NCBI RefSeq assembly: GCF_964188315.1
Contig: NC_135659.1
Location: 57,040,001 to 57,104,000 of the forward strand
DNA: 64,000 nucleotides
Reading direction: 5' to 3'
Origin: Podarcis muralis
Taxonomy: Eukaryota
Position 1 is the first letter of the stretch, and every line of letters begins with the position of its first letter. This document shows, piece after piece, positions 38,275 through 49,662 of the stretch. The notes under the pieces are model-generated. The model was given only the letters and a program-made list of their open reading frames with translations. It did not search any database and was not told the DNA's origin. A program made the position numbers and the translations under genes.

Positions 38275-38585
38275 AAACTATGGAATTTGCTCCTTCACAC
38301 AGGAGGCCACCAACTTGGATGGCTTTAGAAGAGGACTGGACTAATTTGTGGAGGCTAATGCTATCGTATACAAGCCGTGATGGCTATGCTCCACCTCCAC
38401 AGTTGGAGGCAGTAATCCTTCTGAATGCCAGTTACTGGAAACAACAGGAGAGGAGAGCGCTCTTGTGCTTGGGTCCTGTTTGACAATTTCCCACAGGGGC
38501 ATCTGGTTGGCCACTGGGTGAACAGGATGTTGAATTAGGTGGCCCATTTGCCTGGTCCATCAGGCTCTTCTTATGCTCTTATGTT
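38275..38585 (+). mobile_element. CR1/L2-group LINE 3' fragment
   Basis: GGCCACCAACTTGGATGGCTTTAGAAGAGG...GGGCATCTGGTTGGCCACTG...GGCTCTTCTTATG, a common squamate LINE tail. Related fragments near 5590, 37550, 44960 and 55690. Confidence 0.65.
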
Positions 38586-41049
38586 TAGCTGGGCTGAAAA
38601 GCAGTTGATTCCCCCAAAGCACCTCAATGGCAAACTTAATATGCCTTCCACAGCTCCTTCCTCTGTGAAGATGCAATTGTTTTGTAGCTGTCCATATGGC
38701 TGCAACAGCTGCTCTTTAAAGGCAGAGATGAGGAGCCTGTGGCTCAACACATGGGGTTGGACTCCAGCTCCCAGCAGTCCGAGCCAGCATGACCAATGGG
38801 CAGAGATGGTGGGGAAATCATGTCAAATGGCATGTGCAGGGCCACAGGTTCCCCCATTTAGGCTTCAAGAGGAGGGCAGCACCATGGTGGCTTTCTGTAC
38901 AGTTATCCTAGCCCCCAAAACTAGAAGCCCTTTAATACTACAGGAGTTGCAGAAGCTGCACGCAGGGATATTTTAGAAGCAAGCATGGATATTTTAGAAG
39001 GGGGGAAATGACTCACAACAGCAAGGTGAGGGAACAGCAAGGGAGAAGGAGGAGGAGGAGCCCCACAGGTGAGAGGAGCAGGCTGTGGGTGCCCTTTTAA
39101 AATTGTTCTTTGCAAGGCTGCAGTGCTGCATTTTGCCACACACACGAAACCCTCCTACACACCAGCCAGCTGCTTGTTGCCAATAATAGGCATGAAATTT
39201 CAGCGAGTCAAAATGGGAAAGGATGCTTCCCCGGAAGAAGTCAGATGCTGTTTGTCAGGCCTTTTATACTGTATATCACGCACCACCTCATTATATGTCT
39301 CCTGCCTACAACTGCGCTCTGTGAAAAGGCATGGGGATGTGTAAGAAGGAATTAACAACACAGAGGGGTGACATGACAGTCTCCTATTAGGCAGGGACGC
39401 CTTCTGTTCTGGAGATGCTAGTTGCAAACTGCTGTGCCAACATTCCGCCAAGCAAGTGCAAGGGGCCATGCAGAGAACTCTGGGGAGGTTTTATTTTCCT
39501 CGACTCCACGGGCTTATGTTACTTTGCAATATCCGGATGCTGCCAGAGCTCACTGGAGCATGCTGAGCAAAGATCTCCTTTGGTGGACTGAGGCGCCGTC
39601 TAGTGCTGAAGCAACGCCTGCTTGGCTGGGTGGGTGGCTGGCTCACTCGAGCAAGCACATCACCTGAAGCGAGGAGAGCCCACATAGACACAGACATCCT
39701 CTGCAGCTGTTCCCCCAGCAGATGTTTTCATTTGGGGCGGGGGGAGAATCTTACGAAATGCTGATGCACAATCTGTATTTTCCAAAGCCATCCCAGTGAA
39801 CTGATTCATTTCTGCCACTGGGGAACAGGAGGAGGGAAAATGGAATGAAAGAGAGCTGCAGCTTCCCAAAGGGCACAGGCAATCGAAAGCCAGATAGTAG
39901 AAATGAGAATTCAGAAAATAATACAACTGTGGTTGCCTTGCACTAGCAACTGATGAGCCTTGCATAGCTCATTCATCTGCTCAAGTTGGGGGTTATCTTC
40001 TTGACAAGCACAAAGATAGGCACTCATGAAATCAGGCCAAGTCACATGTTTTCACTGCAGACAATTTGTTTGTTTGTTTCAAAAGATTTATACACCGCTG
40101 GGTTGTAATAAAGCCTCAAAGCAGTTTACAGGAACAGGCAAAATGACAAGAGGTTAAAAAGTTAGCAGATACACTATTTGGAAATTGCATATTTCCTCCA
40201 AAAAGCCCTACAAATGTTAGTATCAACAGGATGACTGAATGAGAGGGTTCCTGCAGGATTTCCCCTCTGAGACTGACAGTATATGATCTGTGGGCTTCAG
40301 TCCATGAAAGCTTATGGCCACAATAAAGAAAAGGTGCCCAAATATCCTTTGTTGACATTTGCTACTGCAATGGACTAACATGGTTTCCTCTCTCAAAACT
40401 GTTAGCATGACCAAGAATCAAAACCCAGGATGGAGCTTTGCAGACAGTGGGACTATAGAGTGATCAACACTCAGTTCTCAGAGACTAGGCTGATTAGCTG
40501 CAAAGAGAAGGTATAGCCTCCCTTCTCAACTGGTGTCATTCCTACATGCACTATAAGGAATGATTAGCATTAACTTGTGTGGGTAAAGATGTCCTCAGTC
40601 TCTGGCATCAGGTGGCCCAGCCCCACAGTGGGAGAAAAGTGCATTACTGTATGTCTTAGTGAGAAGAATCACACTGCACCCTCAGGGATTTTTCAATAGT
40701 CAAACCCTCCCTTTACCCACCAGGCATAAAGACGAGCATTGTTCTATTTTTAAAACCATCCCCACCTTCCTCCTGAGTAGTCTGCCACAGTCTCCTTTAT
40801 ATCAGCAGCAGGGTGTTTTTTTATTCTAGCCGGTAGTAAATTCACACATCTCCTTTTGCTGATTTTCATTCATTGTAACATGTATGCCAATTGCCACATA
40901 TATTGCAAAAGACAGAAGAATCAGAGATAATTTTGTTGCACCTTTCTATTCTCTGGAGCAAGAAGGCAAAGAACTTCCTTTCTCCAACACTTCCCTCTAG
41001 TGGCAAAATTGTATATTGAAAAAGAAACAAATCCTGATGTACCCTAATT

Positions 41050-41185
41050 CAGGGTTTCCCAGACTTGGGTCTCCAGCAGTTTTTGGACTACATCTCCCAC
41101 CATCCCTAGCTAGTAGGACCTGTGGTCAGGGATGATGGGAATTGTAGTCCAAAAACAGTTGGAGACCCAAGTTTGAGAAACCCTG
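41050..41185. mobile_element. Palindromic hAT-like MITE
   Basis: CAGGGTTTCCCAGACTTGGGTCTCCA ... TGGAGACCCAAGTTTGAGAAACCCTG, near-perfect hairpin; internal sequence shared with 6834-6945. TSD imperfect. Confidence 0.85.
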
Positions 41186-41800
41186 GTCTAGTTCATCTTT
41201 GTCTACACTGACTGGCAGAGTTTCAGACAGGAGTCTTCCCAGCTCTATATGGAGAAGCTGGAGAGTAAACCTCGAATCTTCTGCATGCAAATCATTGATC
41301 TGCCACTGACCCTCCCCTGCTTTTGATATAGCCATGGCAGTATGAGAAGTGCTGTTTCTCAAAGCAATCTTACATGTCTGGGGTCTGCAGCAGAGTCACT
41401 TTACACATTACATGTATCATGTGGTGCTGGATCAGGCCAGTGGCCCATTTAGACCAGGATCCTGTTCTTGCAGTGGCCAACTAGCTGCCCATGAGCTGGT
41501 TGGCCACTGCAAGAACATTAGCACGACCTGAGCACAAAAGCATTCTAGGAAATTAGCCAAACATATTACTTAGGCCAAGGCCCTAACCACTAGCATATTA
41601 ATTATCTGTATGTATTTTAAATTGCTAAACCATCTGTTGACCCAAGTCAGGCCCTCAAGGCAGCTTACAAGCAAATAATAATACAATATTAAAAGCCACG
41701 TGAAATCAAAATTATTATTAAAAACCCAGCAAACACTAACAACAATTTAAAATGCAGCACCAGGATAATCAGAAGCAAAAGCGTTCCTTTCTTTATACAG

Positions 41801-41953
41801 AAAACGTTTAACTCTCTTACGTATGAGTCTATGAGGCCAGAAATCCAAAGCTATCCTAACAAATCCACGAAGCATTTAATCATGTACAGAGCCCCCGATG
41901 ATGGGACAAGTGTTCAATTTGTAAAGGCAGCTTCCTCGTATAAGACGCTGGCT
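41801..41953 (+). other. Candidate internal exon (153 nt, phase 0-0, open frame)
   Basis: Acceptor TTCCTTTCTTTATACAG, donor GCT|GTAAGC; frame KTFNSLTYESMRPEIQSYPNKSTKHLIMYRAPDDGTSVQFVKAASSYKTLA; CpG retained. Protein not recognised. Confidence 0.3.
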
Positions 41954-42170
41954 GTAAGCTCACAGACATTGTATATGGATGGTGCTTGCATCTTGCTTTA
42001 GAACTCTTTGTCATTCAGAGTGTCATCTGTTCAGCATTTATTACCCATGCAATCCATAACATGTCGGATATCACATTATTAAAGAACCAGCATCACTGCA
42101 TGTACCAATCATTTCAGGAAGATGAGTAATACATTTATAAATAACGTTGCCTCAAACTAAAGTGTAACAA
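41821..42170 (-). other. Candidate exon (350 nt), mostly non-coding
   Basis: Acceptor CTTCTCTCTCTCTCCCCCTGCAG, donor TAC|GTAAGA; the only frame open through the donor from an ATG is MLRGFVRIALDFWPHRLI (ATG at 41875). Confidence 0.3.
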
Positions 42171-42273
42171 CTGCAGGGGGAGAGAGAGAGAAGCAAGTAA
42201 TATTCATCGGTTTGGCACAGGGATGCTGCCAAAAAAATAAGAGCCCTGTGTCACATTCTCCCTCTTTCTCCAG

Positions 42274-42357
42274 TGATGTCACCCTGTTGTGCATTTTCCT
42301 ACCCATGCTAGCAGCAGCCAGTGATGTAGAGGACAATGTGATGGCATCATAACATGG
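42274..42357 (+). other. Candidate non-coding exon (84 nt)
   Basis: Strong acceptor TTCTCCCTCTTTCTCCAG and donor TGG|GTAAGT; stops in all three frames. Confidence 0.35.
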
Positions 42358-43141
42358 GTAAGTGTTGCTGCTCATTATGCTGTTCAGAAGCAGTTCAGTG
42401 TTGCCTGTAGCTTGTAGTTCCATCCTTGGCTATCATGCTCTTTGAATACAAGGAAAACACCAGTTTGCTTCTGCGACTAGAAGCCCAGGCTATAAATCAT
42501 TCTGCAAAACCACATGTGGAGATGAAACAATATTTAGAGCTTCTCACTAGGATCACTCAGGAAATGGTTTCCCTCCCCGATGTGGGAAATTGCATCCTTG
42601 TGGTAACATTTTTCATCCCACGGCAGAAGGAAAAATAAAATTTGGGAGAAAAGTCTGATAAGGATATCCAGAATCCTTTGTTCTGCACCAAATACCACTC
42701 CTTAAATAGTTGTTTGTGTTCGCACAATGCAAGTTCTATCACACATATTGTTTTCTAGGATATTTCCCCTCTATACTGCCTGCACATGTGCAAGGTGAAG
42801 TCAGAAGGGATGCATCACGGTGCTCACTTCTCTGCTGAAAAGAAAACAAAGTACGTTTTGTGAATTAAAAGAAGTGAGGTTTTTCTTTTACTTGTTTTTC
42901 ACTTCAACAAAGCCCTTGCTCTGATCAGGGAGGGGGGTGTTAGAAATTAAATTAGGATTGGGGGAGAACTGCTTCAGTTCAGATTTTAATGTGAACCTGC
43001 CTAATTTGCACTGTAGAGATGAAATGCAGTTATCTTTTGAAAATTGCACTTCCCCTAATCTTGTGATACAGTTCTGCAAACAAATATGTTTGTGTACAAA
43101 AATATGTATATTGTGGGAAAGTGTGGAAATAGCATATAAAA

Positions 43142-43729
43142 CAGGGGTCGGCAAACTAAGGCCCGGGGGCCAGATGCGGCCCCCCAGGCTTATAAATCCG
43201 GCCCGTGCCGCAAAGCCAGAACCTGCCACGAAGCTGTGACTCCCGAAGATGGTGGCGGGAGGAAGAGGCCGAGCAGCAGTGGCTCTGCCAATCAAACGCT
43301 GTGCCTGGTTTGATTGGCAGAGCTGCCACTGCTTGGCCTCCTCCTCCTCCTGCCCCTGCCGCCACCACCCTGGTGCTCCTGTGGACCAGAGAGCAGAACG
43401 GACAAGCTCGCTCTGCCTACCTGCTTCACCAGCAGCAGCAGCAGCAGCGGTGGTGGCGGCGGCGGTGGCCCCTGGGAAGGTAAGCGCAGCGCCGTCTTTC
43501 TCTAGACAGGGAGGAAGTCCGTTTCACGCCACTGCCACCAGCCCTTCGGCGAATGAGGCAGGCAGCAAACCGAGAAGGCAGCTGGGGTTGGGGGGGACTA
43601 CTTGCCCCCCTCACAGTGTGTATAGGAATTCAGTGTGTGTGTATACACACACACAAACACACACACATATATAGTCCGGCCCTCCACAAGGACTGAGAGC
43701 CCCCTGCGGAAAAAGTTTACAGACCCCTG
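43142..43729. mobile_element. hAT non-autonomous element
   Basis: TIR CAGGGGTCGGCAAACT / AGTTTACAGACCCCTG; perfect 8-bp TSD ATATAAAA (43134-43141, 43730-43737). Confidence 0.92.
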
Positions 43730-46676
43730 ATATAAAACAAATAATTTTCATGGAAAATGCTTGCATCAAAGGCAGATGTAGGGGAGCATGACCGGTTTGG
43801 TCACAGCAGGAGCAGAGCTTCTGGGGCACCACAGCAGGAGCTGCAACTTTGAAGTCCAGTGAAAGGCAAGAGGCAGAGGGTGCCAGATTTTGCTGCCACA
43901 CTGGGCACCACTGAAATTTGAGATGCCAAGGTCCGCCACTGCTTGCATAAATGTCAGGCTCTCTCCCATTTTGGCACTGCCCTCCCTTCTGTCCTTACAA
44001 AGCCTCTGGGCAAACTGAGATCTGATTAAAAAAAAACCATGCTGAAAAGAAAAGGCTACATAACTTGATGCTCCTTAAGTATATTCCATGATTATGATGT
44101 CTATTCTGCATCCCTGTCGAGATTGCATCTGGGACAGGTGCCCCCATAATTCCACCCTGCTAGTTGCAGTTCCAATCCATTCTAACACTGGATTTGGGGC
44201 AAATCAAGAAAGAGGAACAGGTAGTGGCTTCCTAGAAATCTTTCCAGTGAGGAAACCATGGCAGAGTGATGTGAAAAGTGTGAGATGAGGCAGCTAAAAC
44301 CACTGCATTCCTTGTACTTCTCCCTCCTTCCCCCATGTACGTCAATACTTTCCTACCTTGGCTCTGAACATATTCACATTCTCCTGAACTAGCAGCTTAA
44401 ATCACAAAGCAATATGACCTTTCATCTCTATATTGCCACTTATTTTCATATTTCTATCTCCTTACTTGACAGACAAATCAAACTGCTATGCACGCCAATG
44501 CTTTAATAGCATATTCTACCTTCTCCTCGGGAATAAGTTATACTGAAGATCTTCTAGCACAACGGTGGCCACTCAGAACACACATGCAAATCACCGTTTA
44601 TATCTTGGACTAAAGTGTGTGGTCTCTTGTCTGTTGTCTCTCTCTAGTGGCTGGATCTGGTACCTATCTGGCAATAACAATGCCTATGGAAGTCTGTTAA
44701 GCACCTGAAGAAATCAACCCTTCCATTCATGAAGTCATGCGTAGTTTGCTGGAACATTCAGACTGGAAACATACTGGACAGGCAGTGGTCTGTCACTACT
44801 TGAAGCCATGCTGATTGCAACCAAGCCAGTGGAATTATTGTTCTCTCGGAAACTCAAAGTGTGCTTTTGTTCCTCAGGCGTTCTTGCTTTAAAATGTTTG
44901 TTTTGTCAAGACACAGATGATCAAGTTGTATTATGCTGTTTCCAAAAGCAATGTTTTAACATATGAACATAAGAAGGACCAGCTGGATCAAACCAAAGGC
45001 CTATCTGGTCTAGCATCCTGTTCTCACTGTGGCCAACCAAATGCCTATGGGAAGCCCACAAGGAAGACTTCAATTGTATCATACAAATGCCAGTGTTGGG
45101 TCCTATGAAATAGATCAGACATGAAACTCCACAAAGAATAGACACCTAAGGTGTATGGGGCAGGTTGTGAGGAGCATTAATATGAAGGTAGAGGTTGCAG
45201 GAAAACATGATCTGGAACTGGGTAGGTGGTATAGTAGGAGATCCGAGCCAAGTAATCTGGAAGAAGGAAACAGAAATAGGCACTGGGGCTCAAGGTCAGA
45301 GACTGACTGTTGATCAAGCAAAGATCGAGGCTTGTGCTAGAAGTACCATATTTACTCAGATGTAATGTGCGCTTTTTTGGCCAAATTTTGTTGTGAAAAT
45401 TAGGATGGGCCTTAGATTTGATGGCACATTTACATTCACCAGCAAATACTTTTTTGGTTTCAAGGTTTTGAAAACTGAGGTGCGCATTAGATTTGATGGC
45501 GCATTACATTTGAGTAAATACAGTACACAGCAGGCCAGGATGTACCAATGGACTGCTGGGGTGAGCAGAGCCATGTTGCAACGTGAGAGAGCAGGGCTAA
45601 ATCAGTTGATTTTCTACTCTGCATCTACAAGGGAAACCAGGACACAAATGAGGAAGTCACCATTCAAATCCTAGTTGATCCTGACAAACAAGATTCAGAA
45701 TCATAGCCAGATGTTCACCTAGTCAAGCACACTTTTTCTTTGCTTATATTTTATTTCTACTATAATGCACCATCTCTCCCTCTCAATGGCATAATCCCGT
45801 CCACATGCCCAACCACTTGCAGCTGGGATCCTCACCGATAAAGTAGATGGCCTCATAATGCCTTAGAAGACAGAAAGGCAAGGCTACCAAGTCAATAGGC
45901 TTTTATTTGGACTCAGATTTCAACTCAGATTGGGGACGGACAGAGACTTGCAATGGAAAGCAGTTGCTGAAGACTCCCACAAGGCCACTCCGAACTTGAA
46001 ATCAGTCACCTGTGAATGAAACACATATGTATTTCTATTGATTGAGTGGTATATAAATCATGTTAAATTAAATTAAATATGCAACCTTTGTATAAATCAT
46101 AGCCATTTCGCCCTCTTTCATTTTTGTTCATGATGTATAGCTTCTGCTTCAAGACTTGCAGGTTTGATATATTCGTTACAACTTTTTTTCTATGTAGATA
46201 ATGCAAATAAATGAATGGAAAAAGAGACAGATTTATTTGTTTGTTTGTTTCATTTCTAAATCACTCTTCCTCCTAAGGGAGCCTAGGGCAATGTACAACA
46301 GGGTATAAAATACAAAATAATATCATAAATAAAGCATAACAATAACCATTATAACTATAAAATAACTAACTCAGACCCCTCAAAATACGTGCATAGTACA
46401 AAAAAAGCATCTGCAGCTGTTTAGAAAAAAGATCACTTGTGTAATGCCATATGTTGCCATTATTGTCATGCAAACAAGCATGGATAAAGAGCAGGCCTTC
46501 TGAACCAAATCAATGATTCCTCCTGCCCATTGTCCTGTCCCTGACTCTGGCCATTGTTAGATGATGTGCTAATAGAACCTTCTAATGGGGAACCTGTGGT
46601 TCTCCAGATGTTGCTCAACTAACTCCTATCAAGCCCAGCCAGCATGGCCAGTGGTCCAGGGATAATGGGAGTTGTA

Positions 46677-46819
46677 GCCCAATAGTTCAGTCGGTAGATC
46701 ATGAGACTCTTAATCTCAGGGTTGTGGGTTCAAGCCCCATGTTGGGGAAAACATTCCTCCATTGCAGGGGGTTGGACTAGAAGACCCTCATTGTCCCTTC
46801 CAACTCTACGATTCTATGA
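46677..46819 (+). mobile_element. tRNA-Lys(CTT)-derived SINE with CR1-type tail (lacertid POM/Squam2-like)
   Basis: Head resembles tRNA-Lys-CTT (TCAGTCGGTAGA..TGAGACTCTTAATCTCAGGGTTGTGGGTTCAAGCCCC; anticodon 46709-46711), followed by the CR1 3' end GGGGTTGGACTAGA...CCCTTCCAACTCTACGATTCTATGA. Family name is from memory. Confidence 0.85.
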
Positions 46820-47098
46820 ACATCTGGAGGGCCACATGCAAGAGAGGAGCCTATTCCATGCCATCCATTCCCACCCTCCAATAGTGAATGGCGTAGAATA
46901 TAAATGTGAGGCATGAGTATGCTATCTTCACTAAAGATGCTGCAGCCCATGCACTCACTGGACCATTCTTCTCTTGTCCCATCACAGAAGGAGCAGCTCA
47001 AAGTATTGTTAAAAGAGAGCTTCTCCAGGAAGTAGAAGCCTTAAAGTCAAGGCTCTAAGCTTTCCAACTTTGTCTCACTGTTCTCATTTTGGAGTAAA

Positions 47099-47455
47099 AA
47101 AGGTAAAGGTACCCCTGCCCGTACGGGCCAGTCTTGACAGACTCTAGGGTTGTGCGCCCATCTCACTCAAGAGGCCGGGGGCCAGCGCTGTCCGGAGACA
47201 CTTCCGGGTCACATGGCCAGCATGACATCGCTGCTCTGGCGAGCCAGAGCCACACATGGAAACGCCGTTTACCTTCCCGCTAGTAAGCGGTCCCTATTTA
47301 TCTACTTGCACCCAGGGGTGCTTTCGAACTGCTAGGTTGGCAGGCACTGGGACCGAGCAACGGGAGCGCACCCCGCCGCGGGGATTCGAACCGCCGACCT
47401 TTCGATCGGCAAGCCCTAGGCACTGAGGCTTTTACCCACAGCGCCACCCGCGTCC
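47099..47455 (-). mobile_element. Sauria SINE
   Basis: Near-identical to 29934-30297; 16-bp TSD CTCATTTTGGAGTAAA (47083-47098, 47456-47471). Confidence 0.95.
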
Positions 47456-49408
47456 CTCATTTTGGAGTAAAGTGAGTTTAAAAAAACCCCACCTAACTAA
47501 CTAACACCTTACTTACATCAGTTGTTAGCGCTGAAGAAGAACGTTGTCAGTTGCCACAATTGCCATGGAACAATTTATTCACAAGTGTGCCTTTCACCCA
47601 ATATCAAAAAGATACAAGGTTCTCCCTCTTGGTGGGGTTCTTTATGTTGCAGCTCCTCACAGTGAAGAGATGTGCGCTCACTCTCTACCTATTATGTAAA
47701 AGAAGAAAGAGCAAATGAATCTTTCATGGAATCCCGCCTAGCACTTTACTGAAAAGAGCACAGTAATGTTGCGTTTATCCATCCATCTCTGAGCAAGCAA
47801 AAACTGATGGGGAGGAATGGGGGGTTGATTAATATGAGATTTGAGGATCCTCTTGGCTCTCACCATTGGTTCTTTTTGAAAACTAATGAATCAAGGCTGG
47901 AAGATCAAAGGAGATGATGTTCTGTCTTACACTAATTAACCTTCCCAGCAACAGAGGAAGCTAGATGAGGGCGGGAGAGGACGTGTCACCATAATACTTT
48001 GCACGGTGGGAAAGCCTACACTCAGCAATTAGAACAATTTTCAACTCTGCTGCTGATTACTCTGTCATGTTCAAAGAAGGGCAGATCATGGTCTGCCCAG
48101 GGCTTCATGCATATTATATATAAAGGGGGCCGGCTCCCACCTACTTAGGCAGCGAGAGAAGATCCGATTGCTCCCTGCCTTACATAGCAAGGGAGTTTTT
48201 AAACAGACCGTATAGTTATGGAGGATGCATGATTGACAGGCGCTAACACTACCCAAATACCTGAGATGCAATCAAGGGCTTGCTGATTTTGTAACTGCAC
48301 ACGTTTTAAGGAAATTGATTGATGTGTAATAACTTGTAATGCTTTGAATCCCTCCAGAAAAGAGCACCCGTGGTTGCTGAACATAAAATATGGTGATGCA
48401 AGGCATGATTGTTTACTTCTGTTCTGATTTCTAGGAGATAGTGCAACACCCACTTATTCAAGAAAACTTTTGAGCGATAAGAACTGCTGGCCTGCCTTTA
48501 GTTTGCCATTAACAACTAGGTGAGGCAGTAGACAGAAATAGTTTTTTACTGATATTTTGGTATGATTTTTATTGTTACTTGTATTGAGGGGGGGGGATTT
48601 GTGTTAAGGTATGTCAGCTAGGGATGCTCAACAAATCTGCTGGGTCTGCATTTCAAAGTGAATTCACCTGATCTACACTCTCCCACACCTGGGAGGTTTT
48701 CTCTAGGCTGCTGCCAACACATTTGGAACAGGAAGCTCCAAGCTCCCTGTCCAATGCATAGCCTAGACATCTTGGTCAGATGCTGAGATTAAGGTGAGGT
48801 TTTATTATGGTACTTTGAATTAAGTTGGTTGTTTTATTTTTTAAAAATCATATGATTAGACATGAGAACCCCACCTTCAAACCTTATTTTGTGGCTTTGA
48901 GTAGGTCACTCTATCACCTTCCTTTTATAGGGTTGTTGTAAGCAGGTCAAGTGATAATATATTGCCACACACCTTGAATGCACAGCAAAGGAGGAAAAAG
49001 AAACCTAAATAAGATCAAGCAAACGTCAGTATGGGTTTGAGACAAACTCAAGATGCTACTGAAAAGCATTTGCCTGTTCCAACTGCCAACCTAGACCATC
49101 ATCCTAACAAAATTTCAACCCCTGCTATCCCTCCCCCAATGCATATAAGCCTTGAAATGGGTCTGGGGTCTGGCAGCCTTGCATCCATCTCATGTGGGGA
49201 GGGATGTCAGGAGCAGGACAGGGCAAGGCTTAGAAGAGGTTGTTTGTGTTTCTTTTTTGTAAACCCCACTCCTCAGTTGGCATATTCAGAACAGATTTGG
49301 CATCCAACCACCTGGATCACAATGCAGAAGCAGATGGTCATGTAAAGGCCTAAGAAGGAATTTATTTTGGTTTTGGCCTGCTAACTCAATTGACAAATGG
49401 AAGCAAAG

Positions 49409-49410
<2 letters not shown>

Positions 49411-49450
<40 letters not shown>
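49411..49450. repeat. Microsatellite (GT)20
   Basis: Read directly. Confidence 1.
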
Positions 49451-49451
<1 letters not shown>

Positions 49452-49478
49452 GCCTAGTCTGTACTGTGCTCTGGAGAA

Positions 49479-49662
49479 GGACTGTAGCTCCATGGAAAGG
49501 TGCATGCTTTGCATCCAGAAGCTTCCAGGCTCAGTCTCCAGCATCTCCAATCAGAGCTGAGAGAGACACCTGTCTGAAGTACTGAAGGGCACCTGCCAGT
49601 CAGCACAGATAACACTGATCTGGAGGGACCCATGATCTGACTCTGTATAAGGCAGCTCCCTA
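49479..49662 (+). mobile_element. Degraded Squam3/MIR-like (Ther1-derived) SINE
   Basis: tRNA-like head (CTGTAGCTC...GCTTTGCATCCAGAAG), core, and L2-like tail GACTCTGTATAAGGCAGCTCCCTA. Similar decayed copies at ~51148-51339 (+) and ~41190-41310 and ~55500-55660 (-). Confidence 0.65.

Noticed and set aside
42888-43674. 135- to 141-aa ORFs with poly-A/Q/G runs
   Set aside because: They derive from the GC-rich hAT element interior.
46677-46748. tRNA-Lys(CTT) gene
   Set aside because: The acceptor, D and T arms carry substitutions, and the sequence runs straight into a CR1-type tail. It is a SINE head.
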